A DNA stretch of 64,000 nucleotides. Source: Phaeosaccion multiseriatum. Taxonomy: Eukaryota > Protista > Ochrophyta, other classes. Every line of letters begins with the position of its first letter. Positions within the stretch are counted from its first letter, which is position 1. Below are positions 35,616 to 49,500 of this stretch, piece after piece. Made by a program: the position numbers and the translations under genes. The DNA lies in the NCBI GenBank assembly GCA_965112735.1, contig OZ218959.1, positions 2,480,001-2,544,000 of the forward strand. Direction: 5' to 3'. Below the pieces are notes generated by a model, which saw only the letters and a list, made by a program, of their open reading frames with translations, was not told the DNA's origin and searched no databases.

Positions 35616-36401
35616 GAGGAGGAGGAGGAGGGGGGGGGGGGAGGAAGGGCCCGAACGCACTGCAAGACAAACCTGTGACTTTCCATGCCAAGATCAAATC
35701 GTCGGGGTACGGCACCCCTCCCGCAATGACCATGTTCGGCGGAAGCATGTTCGGCGGAAGCAGTAAGGGCAAGCGTGGAAGCAAGAGTAGTAGTAAGGCA
35801 AGAGAAAGGGATAACCTCATGAGTGGTCGGCGAAGGAGTGTGAGTCAGTCTGGTCCCCCTGGTCACCCTCCTCCTCCGCCTCCTCCTGATGAGTCGAATG
35901 GGTCGAGGGGCCTGCCGCTGCTTGTCGAGCAGACCCATAGACGGCAATACCCCTTGGACTGCGGGCTACTGACTGTATACCAACCTCATCTCAGCCTCCT
36001 CCAGGGGGGGGATCTGCGAGCAGGGGGACGGGGAGGCGGAGGGATCTTCAACCCTCCCATTCGGAGCGTCCGCTTCAGCGCGGATGCCAAGCATGTGGTG
36101 GTACGTGTGTGTGTACGGCTTCACAGGGGTGAAGCAATTGCCAAGTGGGTGGTGGGTGGGGAGGGAGGGAAAGCCGTGGAACTTGGGTGGGTGGGTGGGG
36201 GAGTTAAAGAGAAGGAGTATCTAACTATCATGTGCCACGTTGTTTTAAGCCCCCTGCAATCTGCTTGCGCAACGACCCGACTCTTCGTAACGTAGCCTAA
36301 CGCGTCTCACCCCCCTCCTCCTCCTCTCTCTCTCTCTCTCTCTCTCGCATTCTCTCTCTGACTCTTCGTAACGTAACCTAACGCGTCTCACCCCCCTCCT
36401 C

Positions 36402-36434
<33 letters not shown>

Positions 36435-36720
36435 TCTCTCTCTCTCGCATTCTCTCTCTCGCATTCTCTCTCTCTTCTCCTCTCTCTCTCGCATTCTCTC
36501 TCTCTCTCTCTCTCGCATTCTCTCTCTCTCTCTCTCGCATTCTCTCTCTCGCATTCTCTCTCTCGCATTCTCTCTCTCTCTCCCATTCTCTCTCTCTTCC
36601 TCTCTCTCTCCTCTCTCCTCTCTCTCTCGCTCTCTCTCGCCCACCCCCTCAGGTGACCTCCGCTGACAGCGCCGTGCAAGTGCACAAGCTCCCACTCAGC
36701 AAACGCCACGCTCAGGGAAG

Positions 36721-36755
<35 letters not shown>

Positions 36756-39023
36756 GCAACAGTCATATGGGCAGCCTGACCTGCAGCAGTCATATACGCA
36801 GCAGTTTGACCTTCATGGGCGGCCCCCCCGGCAGCGTGTCCTCTGCCTGCTTGAGCCACCGCTCCGGCCCCAAGGCCATGTTGCTTGTGTCCTCCTCCTC
36901 TGAAGGCGTGGCTCGTCTTTGGTACCTCTCCAAGCCTGACCACCCGCTCGTCTTTGGGCCCGGAGCAGCTACAAAGAACCCTTCGAAGGGTCCCCCGAGG
37001 GGGCAGAGGGGAGGGGGACTCCTCCCCTCCCTCCCCACCACCGGCGGCGGTCCCGGGGGGGCACGCAGTAGCAGCAGCAGTGGCAGGAGGAGTGGCGGGA
37101 GCAGCGGGCCGGGTGCTGCGAGTGTGAGTGTTAGTGTGAGTGCGAAACCCTCCCCCCGCTCCTCGAGGGGGGGGCTGCCGCCGGCCGTGAGGCAGGCTTC
37201 CTTCTTCCAGCTCGATCGCTTTCTGCTGCTGGCTGCGGGGAGTAAGGTGGGCATGTACAGCTTTTACCTCTCTGGCCTCGCTCGCAACGACCTGGAGCGG
37301 CTAAGGGGCGGGGGGAAGGTGAGCGTGTGGGAGGGGAGGAGGAGGGAGGGTGGGAGGGAGGGTGGGAGGGAAGGAGGATGGAGGGTGGGAGCGAGGAACG
37401 GAAGGAGAGGGAGGGAGGGAGGGAGGGAGGGAGGGAGGGAGGGAGGGAGGGAGGGAGGGAGGGAGGGAGGGAGGGAGGGAGGGAGGGAGGGAGGGAAGGA
37501 GAGGGACAGCGTTTAGATGCCTCCATGCCGCCCTCTCCCGAAGTCGCAAGGACGATGACTCTTTTTTGCGGAATGGAGTATGGCATACTCACCGACCCTT
37601 CCCTCCCTTCCCTCCCCCCCCCCCCTCCGACCTCCACCCCCTTTGTTGCTGTCTGTGTGAAACCCTCTCTCTCTCTCTCGTCACAGGCAAAGGTCGTGCA
37701 CACCTGGGAAGCCCTGGGTGCCCAGAATGTAACGGCCTTCGCTTGCCTCAACAGCATACTCTCTCCTCTCATTGTAACTGCCACGAGCAGCAGGAGCTTG
37801 CTGCTGCTTGATGCTGTGACGGGCGGTGTGGCGAGAGAGGTCAGAGACGCTCATGACAAGGCGGTGCATACAGTGGCTCTGCCAGGAGCGTCGGTGAGTG
37901 GGTGAGGGGGGGACAGAGGGGAGTGCATGGAGGGGGGTGGATGGAAGGAGGGGCGATGCAAGTAGGGCATTGGACTCTCTCACCATCTCTGGGAGCTAAC
38001 GTGCTTCTGTCTTCTGACATCCCCCTACGCTCCACCCCCTCTCTCTCCCTCTCTCTCTCCATTCTCTCTCTTCGTCTTCCTCTCTCTTTCTCACTCTCCC
38101 CTCTGTGTCCCCCTCTCTCCCTCTTGTTACTCCAATACCATAACACCTTCCTCCAAATAGGCATTGGACTCTCTGGGCGCTGCCAACTGTGACGTGTTCC
38201 TCACCTCAGCGGCAGATAGCTCCGTGAAGCTGTGGGATGTGCGACAGAACACATGCGTAGCGAGGTTCGGCACCCACACCAACCGGAGGTGTGTATATGC
38301 TTGTGTTTGTGTGTGTGTGTTTGTGTGTGTGTGTATGTATATGCGTGTGCTTCCCCCCTCTTGCATGTATACTTCTTGAGGCGTCGGGGTTGTTCGGGCC
38401 GATATGGCCGTAGTCCCTTCAAATGGGCCAGCAACTACTCTCACTGGTAGTGCTGCTGTATAACCATGTGCTGCTTTTCTTCTCTCCTCCTCGTCCTCCT
38501 CCTCCTCCTCCTCCTCCTCCTCCTCCTCCTCCTCCTCCTCCTCCTCCTCCTCCTCCTCCTCCTCCTCCTCCTCCTCCTCCTCCTCCTCCTCCTCCTCCTC
38601 CTCCTCCTCCTCCTCCTCCTCCTCCTCCTCCTCCTCCTCCTCCTCCTCCTCCTCCTCCTCCTCCTCCTCCTCCTCCTCCTCCTCCTCCTCCTCCTCCTCC
38701 TCCTCCTCCTCCTCCTCCTCCTCCTCCTCCTCCTCCTCCTCCTCCTCCTCCTCCTCCTCCTCCTCCTCCTCCTCCTCCTCCTCCCTCTCCCCCATTGTCC
38801 CAGAGAGCGTGTAGGCGCGTCCTTCTCCCCCTGCATGCGCTGGATCTGCTCCGGCTCCGAGGATAAGAGCGCCCACCTCTGGGACCTTCGCAGGGGATCG
38901 CTCATGGCGCGTGTGAGGGGCCACACCGATGTAGTGACGGACGTGGCCTTTAACCCTCGCCATCCGCAGCTTGTCACGGGCAGCAACGACGGGACGCTTC
39001 GCTTTCACACGGAGGAGGTGTAG
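33007..39023 (+). CDS. WDR27: WD repeat-containing protein 27
   Basis: Multiple WD40 repeats (LFSCSEDGTFIAWN, FLTSAADSSVKLWD, ICSGSEDKSAHLWD, GHTDVVTDVAFNPRHPQL) plus the WDR27-like motif DKPVTFHAKIKSSGYG. Start approximate. Confidence 0.85.
38485..38785. repeat. (CCT)n array of about 300 bp in a WDR27 intron
   Basis: Directly visible; lies just upstream of the acceptor at 38803. Confidence 0.95.
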
Positions 39024-39080
39024 TGTGGGGCAGTGTGTGTAGAGGGGCAGTTGTTGGTGATTTGTGTAGTAGTTGGTGGT

Positions 39081-39116
<36 letters not shown>

Positions 39117-39437
39117 GTAAATATGTGAAAACGTCGTACCCAGCGCTGCCCCTTTTGACACATGTATGCGATACAGTACCGGCCTTGTGCTGCGGCATAC
39201 TTGTACTTGCCCCTCAAGTCGTGAAGACGTTCTATTTCGATCACTCGTCTATTTCACTTGTTGCCTTCTATTTCGATCACTCGTCTATTTCACTTGTTGC
39301 CTTGCTGCGGCGGGCGAAGGCGTAGTAATGGACTGCCCGCGCTCTCTGTATAGTACCCGTGAGGATGGGTGTCCCTGGACGTTTACAAGGGTACCAACTC
39401 CGGAAAGGGGCCGTCTCTCTCCCTCTCTCTCTGCGTG

Positions 39438-39482
<45 letters not shown>

Positions 39483-39622
39483 CGCTCTTGTCTGTCTCTT
39501 GTCTCTTTCTATCTCTCCCTCTCCATCTCTCTCTACGCATGTCTGTGTCTCATTGGGTAAACGAACAAAACCCAACAAAACCCAACCAAAACCAACACCC
39601 AATCACACCCAACTTTCATTCG

Positions 39623-42600
39623 TTAATCGTCCCTAATATACCCATACTCCTTCAAGCTCTCCGTCTTCCTCCTCCACTCCTTATCCACCTTGACTTGCAG
39701 CGACAAGTTCACCCTACATTGAAAGAACTCCTCCAGTCCAATCCTCGCCTCAATACCCAACTGCTTAATCTTCGCCCCCCCCTTGCCAATGAGCATGCCC
39801 TTTTGTGACTCTCGAGACACAAACACGATGGCATCGATGGCCTTTCGCTTGCCCATGTCCTTGAAACGTTCGAGCCGGACTTCGCACGAATAAGGAATCT
39901 GTTGTAGTAACAGGGGGTGGGGGAAGGGGGGGGGGGGGATGCGTGAGGGTGGTGAAACACACTGTTTCTCTAGTTCCTCCCCTCTCCCCCTCAGTCGCTC
40001 CCTTCTAAGCCCATCCGCCATATCTCGCTTACTTCTTACTGACTCAACACAAGCCCACTCGCCACTCACTCTCCAAGCTCCCTCCCTCCCTCCCTCCCTC
40101 CGTCCGTCCGTCTCAGGCCCCTTTCCTCTCCTCTCCTCCCCTCCCCCCCCTCTCCTCTCCTCCCCCCCCCCCCTCTCCTCTCCTCCTCCCTCTCTCTCCC
40201 CCTCCCCTCCCTTCCCTCCCTCACCTCCTGCGAGAAGAGCAGAAAGATCTGCTCTCGGATGATCTCACTCGCAAAGAAGCGCTCAGGCTTGTCCGACATG
40301 ACGTCATTGGCGTACATAGGAGGGCCTTCGGGAAGATCCTTAGCCAACAGGTCCAGCATCACGCCGGTGTTGAAGCCCTCCAGAGCAGAGACGGGCACGA
40401 CCGAGGCGAGGGGGAAAAGGTCCTCCCATTTGGCGATGATGTCGGCCAGACTACCAACCTGTGGGGATGGGAGAGAGAGGGGGGGCGGAGGACGGAGGGA
40501 GGGAGCGAGGGAGGAAGAGAGAGATTTGGGAGACATGAGGCGGGGAGTGAGTGAGTGAGGGAGGGAGGGAGGGAGTGAGTGAGGGAGGGAGGTGGGTACA
40601 AGAAAGAGAGATAGGGGGGGCGGAGGACGGAGGGAGGGAGCGAGGGAGGAAGAGAGATTTGGGAGACATGAGGCGGGGAGTGAGTGAGTGAGGGAGGGAG
40701 GGAGGGAGTGAGTGAGGGAGGGAGGTGGGTACAAGAAAGAGAGATAGGGTTGGGAAAAAGGGATGATGGAGAAGAAAGAGGGTTCGTGTGTGTGCGTGTG
40801 TGGGTGTGGGTGTGCGTGTGACGAGAGAGGGGGGGGGGGGAATTGTACGCGAGAGGTGGAGAGGACACACAGAGACAGAAAGAGCGAGAGGGGGGAAACT
40901 CTCCTCCTCTCCCTCTAGCCTCCCGTCCCGCGCCCAATCCCTCTCGCTCGCTCACCTCCTCTAGCTTGCTGGGCGAAAGGAAGCCCTTAGGGTTCTCATC
41001 ATTGGGCAGGAGGTCGACTTTGTTGATGCCCACTACCAGGGGTTTCCCGCTGAGCTTAATCTTGTCGAGCACCGTCGGGTCGGGGAAGTCCTGCTCAAAG
41101 ATGTCTGCACAAGTCAAGGCCAACACAAGGCAAGCCGCAAGCCCGAGCCAAGCCAAGCCGAGCAGAGCCGAGCAGAGCCGAGCAAAGCAAACCGGGGCGA
41201 AAATGGGCAGAGGATGAGTTTACAGCAAAGCATTGTGTACGGGGAGGGAAGAGGGCGAGGAGTGGAGAGGGGAGGGGAGACCAATCCGTTCATGCTCGTT
41301 TTATCTACCTATCAATCAATCAATCTGTCTACGTATCTATCCATCCATCTGTCTATCTAATCCATCAATCTACCTTACACGCATGTACCTGTGAGGAAGA
41401 GGAGCTGATCACACTCTCCAATGGCGTCAAGCACGAAGCGCATCATGCCCTCCTGCAGCTTGTACTGCGGAAGGATCACCCCCGGCGTGTCTGAGTACAC
41501 GATTTGGTACTCGTCCGACGTCACTATGCCCATGATGCGGTGACGCGTCGTCTGATGGGTGGATGGATGGCAGTAGATGGATGCGATGGGGGGGTGGTGT
41601 AGGAGGGAGGAGGAGGATGGAAGAAGCAGGAGGATGGAGGATGGAGGAGGATGGAGAATGGAGGAGGAGGAGGAGGAGGAGAAGGCGGAGGAGGAGAAGA
41701 CGAAGACGAAGAAGAATAAGAATAAGAATAAGAAAAAGAAGGAAGAAGAAGAAGAAGAAGAAGAAGAAGAAGAAGAAGAAGAAGAAGAAGAAGAAGAAGA
41801 AAAGGAGGAGGGCACATGCATGGAGGCACAGGGATGGAATGATTGCTGCATGAACTGAGTGGGCTGTGGGTGCGGTGCGACTTATTGAGAGACTCAACTC
41901 ACCTGCGCCTTGGGGGTGACAATGCTAAGTCTATCCCCAACCAGACTATTCATCAGCGTACTCTTGCCGACGTTTGGTGACCCAATGATCGAGACAAAGC
42001 CCGTTCGGAAGCCCTCCTTCACGGCTGTGGGGTCGATGAGAGGTGTTGCTGCCTACTCATCATTGTACAAAGTAATGGGGAGAGGCAAGAGAGAGAATGT
42101 AGTCGTGCCGCAGCGACGCAGGAGCAAAGAGGCAGGTCAGTGAAAGAGGCAGGTCCGTGAAAGCGACTGGGTGGTTGGAAGCAAGCCAAGCCGAGGAGAA
42201 TGAAACGTCACACCCAGCAAGGGTGACCCTGCTGCTCTGGAAGGGACTGATCACTCTCACTTACGATGATTCGAGGGTCAATGTACGTCCCCGGCAGGGC
42301 CTTGAGGAAGTCTGGTATCTCGTCGTCGTCATCATCATCCTTCAAGTAGTCTTCATCCTCGATCCACTCGAACTCCTCATCATCATCCCCTTCCTCCCCC
42401 TCCGCCCCACCACTCTCAACACCATCTCCCATCATCATGCCACTGCCGCCCTCTCTCTCCCCCTCTTCATCATCGTCTTCAAAATCGTATTCAAGCTGCC
42501 CGTCCTCCTCCTCGTCCTCCTCCTCCTCTTCTGGCGCCTCGAAGGTCAGCAGCAGCTCAGGATCGTCAGCGTCCGCTTCCTTCTCAACGTCGTAATCTTC

Positions 42601-42948
42601 CTCGTCCTCAAACTCGTACTCGTAATCATTAACCATCTTTCCTCCTCCTCCCCCTCCTCTTCGTCCTCCTCCTCCTTCCCCCCCTGCCGAAGACATGTGC
42701 AAAGCTCCGATGTGTTTTTGCCCTTGCCCACCCAACCCACCCCCAAAGAGGTGTGCTGCGATTGGCCACCTTTGCCGCGCTGAAGTGCTTGAAGCAAGCA
42801 CACTTCGACCCACTGTGTCGCACTGCTGCTGCTGCCGCGCCACTCCCGCTGTGCTGCTTCTTGTCAACGCGCGCACTGTCAGTAAATTGAAGGCCTCTCC
42901 TCGCCGCACGATGAGGGAAATCACTAGCAGCCGCAGCATCAGCTGCAT
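39623..42948 (-). CDS. era: Era GTPase, probably plastid-targeted
   Basis: [18 protein letters not shown] (G1), AQTTRHRI (G2), DTPG (G3), NKVD (G4), VSAL (G5), and KH domain [12 protein letters not shown]-terminal signal peptide ending GEA-F, followed by an acidic linker. Confidence 0.93.
40466..40750. repeat. Tandem duplication with a unit of about 125-130 bp in an Era intron
   Basis: GGGGGCGGAGGACGGAGGGAGG...GAGACATGAGGCGGGGAG...GGTACAAGAAAGAGAGATAGGG occurs twice. Confidence 0.8.
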
Positions 42949-43404
42949 ATCACCAGCTCCTGCGCGCACAGTCTCTCCTCTCTGTCTCTTTGGTCGTCCC
43001 ATGACGATCACGAACAACAGCCACCACGCTGATGAACAAGGGGAGAGTGCCCTCAAGGGGTGGCGGCCGGCTCGCCCAGATCTCAGTAAGTCAATGAGTC
43101 GTTTCCGGCCCGTCTGAATAGTTGAATTCCCCTTCCCTGCCCAAATTGATGATCCCAAATTTCTGCACATTACTTCCGCGAGCTGCTCGGAGGCGCGGGG
43201 ATGTGGACAGATATTGGAGTGCAGGCAGCGTAGGAGGACAACACGGAAAGGGGCACACGCAGAGGTATTGCGATAGCTGAACTACCTTTACTCGTGCAGA
43301 GTCACGGCTTGCCTGACGCTCATCACGCACGCCTCTTCGTAGATTATCACTCACGAAAGCGCTCCTTCTCGCCCCAACACCTCCGTCCTCCTCCTTCACA
43401 GGGG

Positions 43405-44422
43405 ATGGAGAAGCATGAGAAGATTGCACGAGGGAAGCGCGTCTACACATGGCTCAAGATCATCTTCACAGTCGCATTCCTTGGGGGGGTCGGTGTTGCT
43501 TGGTTGCCATCAGCGCATCAACCAGTGGTGCATCATGAGAGCGAGGAGGTGCTCGTTGCTCGCATGCAAGAGCTTGACACTCGTGTGAGGGAGATTAAAG
43601 CGACGAACGTGTTGATGGAGGTGGATCCACAAGGAGTGGAGGCAACGAAGGCTCTACAGGTAAGAAGGAAGGGAAGAAAGAAGGAGGAGTGATTCCTTAT
43701 CCGCCTCAACTCGCTGACTACTCGGTCGGTCGGCCACCCTCCACACTTCCCTTCCCAATGGATATCCCCCATGACAGGAGGCAACACGTCAGCTACTGGC
43801 GCGGCGTTTCGGAAGCAAGGAGCCTTACCGCGTCCGAGTGGATCTCCGCTTCCAAGAATCTAACCCCACCTACCACACTACGGGAGACACTGCATCGTTC
43901 CTCATAGAATTAGCGCCTTCCTCCCTGCAGCCTCACTCCGTCTTTACCTTCCTGCAAATAGCTCGGTTTTGGAGCCATGCCAAGGAGGGGGGCGGCGCGT
44001 TCCACCGAAGAGCCCCTCACGTGCTGCAAGTGCTCGTGAACGGAGGTTTCACCAAGCACTTGGCCTTCCAGGAATACTCTCCTGAGTACCCTCACACCAA
44101 GGGCACCGTAGGGTACGCAGGCCGACCGAGCGGCCCCGGCTGGTACGTGTCTACCATGGACAACACAAAGACGCATGGCCCGGGGAGTCAACAGAAGGCC
44201 AATCCGTACGAGGCCGACTCCTGCTTTGGCAAGGTTATTGAGGGGTTTGACGACGTTGTGGTGGATCGGGTTGGCGTCATGCCCGGAGACGGCTTCTTGA
44301 CCAATCCCAAAGACCACGTCCTGATTGAAAAAATGACCATTCTGGTGCCCATTTTGGTGCCTGGAGAAGAGCAGGGTGGAGAGTATGTGGAGTGGTGGGA
44401 ACCAACTCAACAAGGGGTATGA
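43405..44422 (+). CDS. Membrane-anchored cyclophilin-like (PPIase-fold) protein
   Basis: Exons 43405-43659 and 43778-44422. N-terminal TM segment, then LIELAP...PHSVFTFL, FHRRAPHVLQ, FQEYSPEYPH, GTVGYAGRPSGPGWYV, DN...HGPG and CFGKVIEG. Confidence 0.8.
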
Positions 44423-44862
44423 CAGCTACAGCTACAGCGTTGTGTGTAAATATATTCATTTAAAAAAAAATATGTAAAGGGCCTCGTTCTTTCTCTTTAC
44501 GCCTCTCTCCCTCGCTCCGTCTCAACTCTCTCCGCATCGTCCTCTTGGGCTCTCTCTTCTCTATTACCACTGAGCTGCTCTTCAAGCCCCTTTTTCTGCA
44601 ACCTGCTTGCTTCACTGCAGAGGAAACACCCTCTGGTCGATCGAGTGAGGAGCTTCCTTCCTTCCTTCCTTCCTTCCTTCCTACTTTCCTTCCTCCCCTT
44701 TTCAAGAGAGCACCACAAAGGGCAGCCCAGCCTGAAAGAGGAGGGGCAAGCTTACCTTGGCATCTAATATAATAATATATATATATATATATATATATAA
44801 ATCTATATGTATGCTACTCCATCAGCGCCCGAGACCCATCATCTCGAGTTTCATGCTCACTC

Positions 44863-45851
44863 TCACCGCCCTCGGGGTGGAGTAGAGGGGAAACGGACCA
44901 CCCCCTTTGTCAGTGCCGTGGCGGCTCCAACCACGGCCGCCGCCACAAGCACAGCCAGCAACACTCTTCTCCTCTGTAGGACGGCGCCTTTCTCCCCTCC
45001 CCTGACGTGCTTTCCAAAGCTGCCCCGTTGTTCCCATAATCGCGCCACCTGAGTCCTCAGCTCAGCCTCGTCGCCATCGTTGCGTACCACCACATCCGCA
45101 GCGGCAAATCTCTCCTCATTGCTCATCTGTGAATTGATGCGCTTGTCGGCCTCTTCTGCTGACCAACTGTTGCGCTTCATCAGCCTCTCTTTGGCGACGC
45201 TTGCCTCCGTACCCACGACCCACAACTCGTCTACCATGTCTACCCAACCCGCCTCCAGCATCACCGCGGCCTCAAGCACGATGCAGGGCACTGGGGGGTC
45301 GCCCTGTGGTGGGGGTTTGGACAGCTGTGCGATGCTCTCCTCCGCGAGGGTGCGTATTTCTGGCCACACAATGCGCTCTAGCTTTTCTTTGTTGGCAGGC
45401 TGGCCGAAGATTAAGCCGCCAAGCGCTCGGCGGTTGATGGTGCCGTCTTCTTCATTTACGATACCTGTGTCCGAGGGAGAAGAGAGAGAGAGAGTGCAGC
45501 AGCAGCAGCAGGAAGGCACGTAGGTAAGCAGTGATATAGATGGCCTGGCGCTGGAACAGCTTAGTTGGGGTGTGTACTCGCCGCCCACCCTGCGCAAGGC
45601 ATACAGTGTCGTGTCTTTGGTAGGAAGATAGGGAGGTAGGTACCTGTGCCGAACTCCTCCACGAGCCGCTCGAAACACCGTGTGCCTGGCGTGTACGCCT
45701 CGTGCCCCAGCTTGTCCGCGTCGATGATGGCGGCACCATGCTTCTCCAGTTCTTTGGTGACGGTAGTTTTTCCAGAGGCAATCCCGCCAATGATACCTAC
45801 CACTAGCGGTCGGTGCCGAATGCCCGTTTTCACAAGCAGCGAGTGCAGCAT
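44863..45851 (-). CDS. Dephospho-CoA kinase (CoaE/DCAKD) with a C-terminal hydrophobic tail
   Basis: VVGIIGGIASGKTTV P-loop, IIDAD, INRRALG, LERIVWP, RINSQM. Exons 45851-45644 and 45464-44863. An upstream in-frame ATG is possible. Confidence 0.9.
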
Positions 45852-46545
45852 CTTCTTGGGTCGGATGCGCCTTTCGTAGCTGCTGATATTACTGATGCTG
45901 GTGGTGGTGGTGGTGGTGGTGGTGGCAGAGGTGGTGGAGGGCTTTCTTGCTTTATCGTCGACGCTGTTGCTGATGGACACGGCGAAGATCCCGTGTCGTC
46001 TACCCGGCCCCCTCTTCCTGTCCAAGCCCCTTGGGCAGGCGGTGCTTGGACACACGAGATGATAACGCGAAACCAAGCGAGAGAGCGTGACCCCGGCTGG
46101 GTGTAGTGGCTGCTGGAAGGCAATGTGAGAAGCTTGGTGTTGGTCTGACAAACCTGGAACTAGTAGCAGGGGAAGGAGTAAAGCAAGGAGAATAAGAAAG
46201 CCGAGGAAGTGAGCAGACCACAGCGACAACAGTTTCGTGAAGAACCAGCGACAGGAGGCTGTGCCTGATGTAATCATGTACCTCACATGTCGTGTAGTGT
46301 TGGATAAGTGTTTATAAATGGGGGAAGGAGAGTTGGGTTGTTAAAGGTCGCCTCTGGATCCACCTTTCCTTTCCTTTCCTTACCTTTCCTTTACCTTACC
46401 TTTCCTCGCAAAAGGGAAGCTTATGGTGAAATTGTTGGCTGACCAAGGGGGGGACAACCCCAATCACCAACTGAAAATTGAACAGCTGGATACGAAATCA
46501 TAGAAGGGAGGGAGACAGTACGCCGCTTCCACTGACAGAGAGGAA

Positions 46546-49500
46546 ATGATGCATGACTCTGTGAAGGTGGCGTCTGCAGCGACGGTCGCGGGTCACGATG
46601 GAATGAGGAGCCCTTCCCCTGGCCCGATACGGCATCTGCGACAAGCGTCCGGCCTACGCGACATATACGAGTCCCTCGCGGGGGACAGAGGTCGCAGAGA
46701 TGGCGGGGGAGGAGGAGGGCGTGGAGGAGGTGGTCCGGCGATGGCTTCTGAGGGAGGGCCCGGCAGAGTCAGTCCCGTGATGCTGGTGATAGCCATAGTG
46801 GGAGCCAACTTCATCACCTTGGGGACCATTGCTTTGTTGTGGTTCAATTACGTTATTGCGGGAGAGTACTTTACAACCATCATTTGGGTAAGTATCAGAC
46901 TTTGAGAGAGGAAGGGGCTCTGTGTGATAGCGGTTGCGGTGTTTTTATGTATGCCAAGGCTATCACCTCTTGACTGGGCTCTGCTTGTCTGGTCCCACTG
47001 CGGTCAAACAGTGCTCGAGCGGCTTCCGGCTTCTGAGTTAATGGCCCCTCCCTTCTCACACCATTGCTCCCATCTCCTCTTTCAGGCGCTGCTCATCGGA
47101 GAGGCGCTGCAGTCCTCTAAAGACGCCGTCCTCAGCACTCTAGGTCAGTAGGTGCATGGATGAGGATGGCAATTAAAACTCGCCCCCCCCCCCACTATCC
47201 ACTGTCCCCCACGGCGTACCGCGAAGGTCACTATCCACCCACGATCTACCCACTGTCAACCCACACCATCCACTATCCACCCACACCCGAGGGAAGGTAT
47301 GCCCTTGCCTCCGCCCACTTGCTCTCAGCTCCCCCCCCGCCTGGACCCGTTATGCCTCGCTCTCTCACTCTCTCTCTCTCTCCCACTCTCTCTTTCTCTT
47401 TCTCTCTCTCTCTCGCTCCCCTCTCTTTCTCTCTATCTCGCGTGCCCTCTCTCTCTTTCTCTCCTCTCTCTCTCCTTCTCTTTCTCCCTCCCTCCCTCCC
47501 TCCCTCCCTCCGGTGCACACTCTCTCTCCCTCATCCTCACTCCCACATCTCTCTCTGTGTATCTGCCTTTTGTCTTCGCTATGTAGCGACCCTCAGCGAC
47601 TGTAGCAACCCCAAGCCCCTCGTGACGGTCGGTTTGAGCATGCTCGCCAACAACATGTACTACCTCTTGCCACCGAGCGCCGAGGTCGATGTCAAGAAGG
47701 AAAGCAGCCCTAGCGGTCGAGTCAAGAAGGAAGACGGTCCAAGGGCTCCTTCTGCTTGTAGCAACACACGTGGTAGCGGAGGAGGAGGAGGAGGAGGAGG
47801 AGGAGGAGGAGGAGGAGGAGGAGGAGGTGGTGGTGGTAAACAAGGAGAGAATGGGCGAGGACGAGGACGAAGGCGAGGGCGAGGGAGAGGGGAGGAAGAG
47901 TCAGGGGAATGTATCGGAGAAGGAATGACCACGGCGTGGCAGCAGGACGGAGGCGACGACGGCCACCACCACCACCACCACCACCACCACCAGCGTCCTG
48001 AGAGCAAAAGCAGCAAGAAGCGGAGGAAGCGGAGGGAGAGGATGATGAGGGTTGATAGCATGGGGATGGACGCGACACTAGAGCTACATGGCGAGGAGGG
48101 AGACGAGAAGGAGGAGGAGGAGGAGGAGGAGGAGGAGGAGGAGGAGGAGGAGGAGGGGGAGAATGCGAAGGAGGACGAGAAGGAGGAGGAGGATGAAGAG
48201 GACGATGCCGGGGGGGGGACGGAGGTGGAGGGAGAGGGGGAGGTAGGGGGGGAGGGGGAGGGGGAGGGGGAGGGGAGGGAGGGGGGGTACGACGCCGAGG
48301 ACTACGACGGTCTACTCATGGTCGGGTCCTTTGGCTCTCGGGCGCTCTTTGTCCTGTGCGTCTTCTCCCTCGTGAGCTTCGTGATCCTCCTCTCGCACCT
48401 CATTCCGTGGTGGCTCATTGCCTTCGGTGGGCTGGTGCTCATCGTCCTCCCTCTGTTGATCATTGTGGGCTTCTTCGACCGAGGAATCTTTGTGTACCGG
48501 AGATGGGTGGACGATGACACAGTGGCCACCTTCATTGTTCTGTGGGTCATCTTTCTGTGCAGCGGTTTCATCGTCCTGTTTCTAGGCACTGAGTCTATGC
48601 TGGAAGGTGCGTGTGTGTAGGTGTGTATGTGTGTGTACGCACGCGTGTGTGGGATGTACGTGTGTGCGTGCGTACGTGTGTGGCTGGCTGCATGGAGAGG
48701 GAGAGAGTGATTCCCACGACACCTCAACTCTGACCACATCCACCCACACACATTTCCACCCCCCCCCTCCAACCAAAACCACACTCCTCCTACACCCGTA
48801 CCTACACATCCTCCTCCTTCCCCCGCAGGCCTGACCGTGGCACGGCGACTCTCCGCCTGGGTGAGCAATGAGCTCAGCACCAACAGAGACGATCTCAAAG
48901 GGGCACTCTCGGGACATATCGACTACGCTTCAGACCTCATCAGAGGGGGTTTGGAGGATATGGACGTGGAGTTCAGCGAGACGGTGTGGTGGGGGCCAGG
49001 TTAGTCAGGGAGGGGGGGAGGGGAGGGAGGGAGAGAGGGAGGGAGGGAGGGACTGGAGAGAGAGGAGGGAGTAAGGGAGGGAGGGACGGGAGGGAGGGGA
49101 GGGAGGGAGGGAAGGACGGGAGGGAGCTCGTATACGTTGTCGGCTCTACCCCACCACTGAAGAAAAGGAGTCAAGTCAATGCAGATTGAGGAGAGCGGCG
49201 CCTACCGATTGTCCGTGCCTTCTAAACCCCCCCTCCTCCTCCTCTCCCTCCCTCCCTCCCTCCCTCCCAACACAGTGAAGCAGGCCGTTCGCTTCTACCT
49301 GCAGCAAGACGGAGCCGTAGCCATCGACGACTCGGCAGGCATGAATAGCGGCAGCAGCAGTTTCAACAGTTTCAACGGCACTATCAACAGCAGCATTATT
49401 GATAGCAGTAGCGATATCAGCAGCAGCACTTGCGGACCTCCTGGTAGTGAGGGCGCGGCGGGCAACCCCTTTGCGACAGATAGCGGGGAGGGAGGAGAGT

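Noticed and set aside
38423-39161. Poly-Pro/Leu/Glu/Arg ORFs
   Set aside because: Translations of the intronic (CCT)n array of WDR27.
39229-39302. ~37-bp direct duplication (similar ones near 36280-36420, 52780-52850 and 57830-57885)
   Set aside because: Ordinary local slippage duplications with no sign of function.
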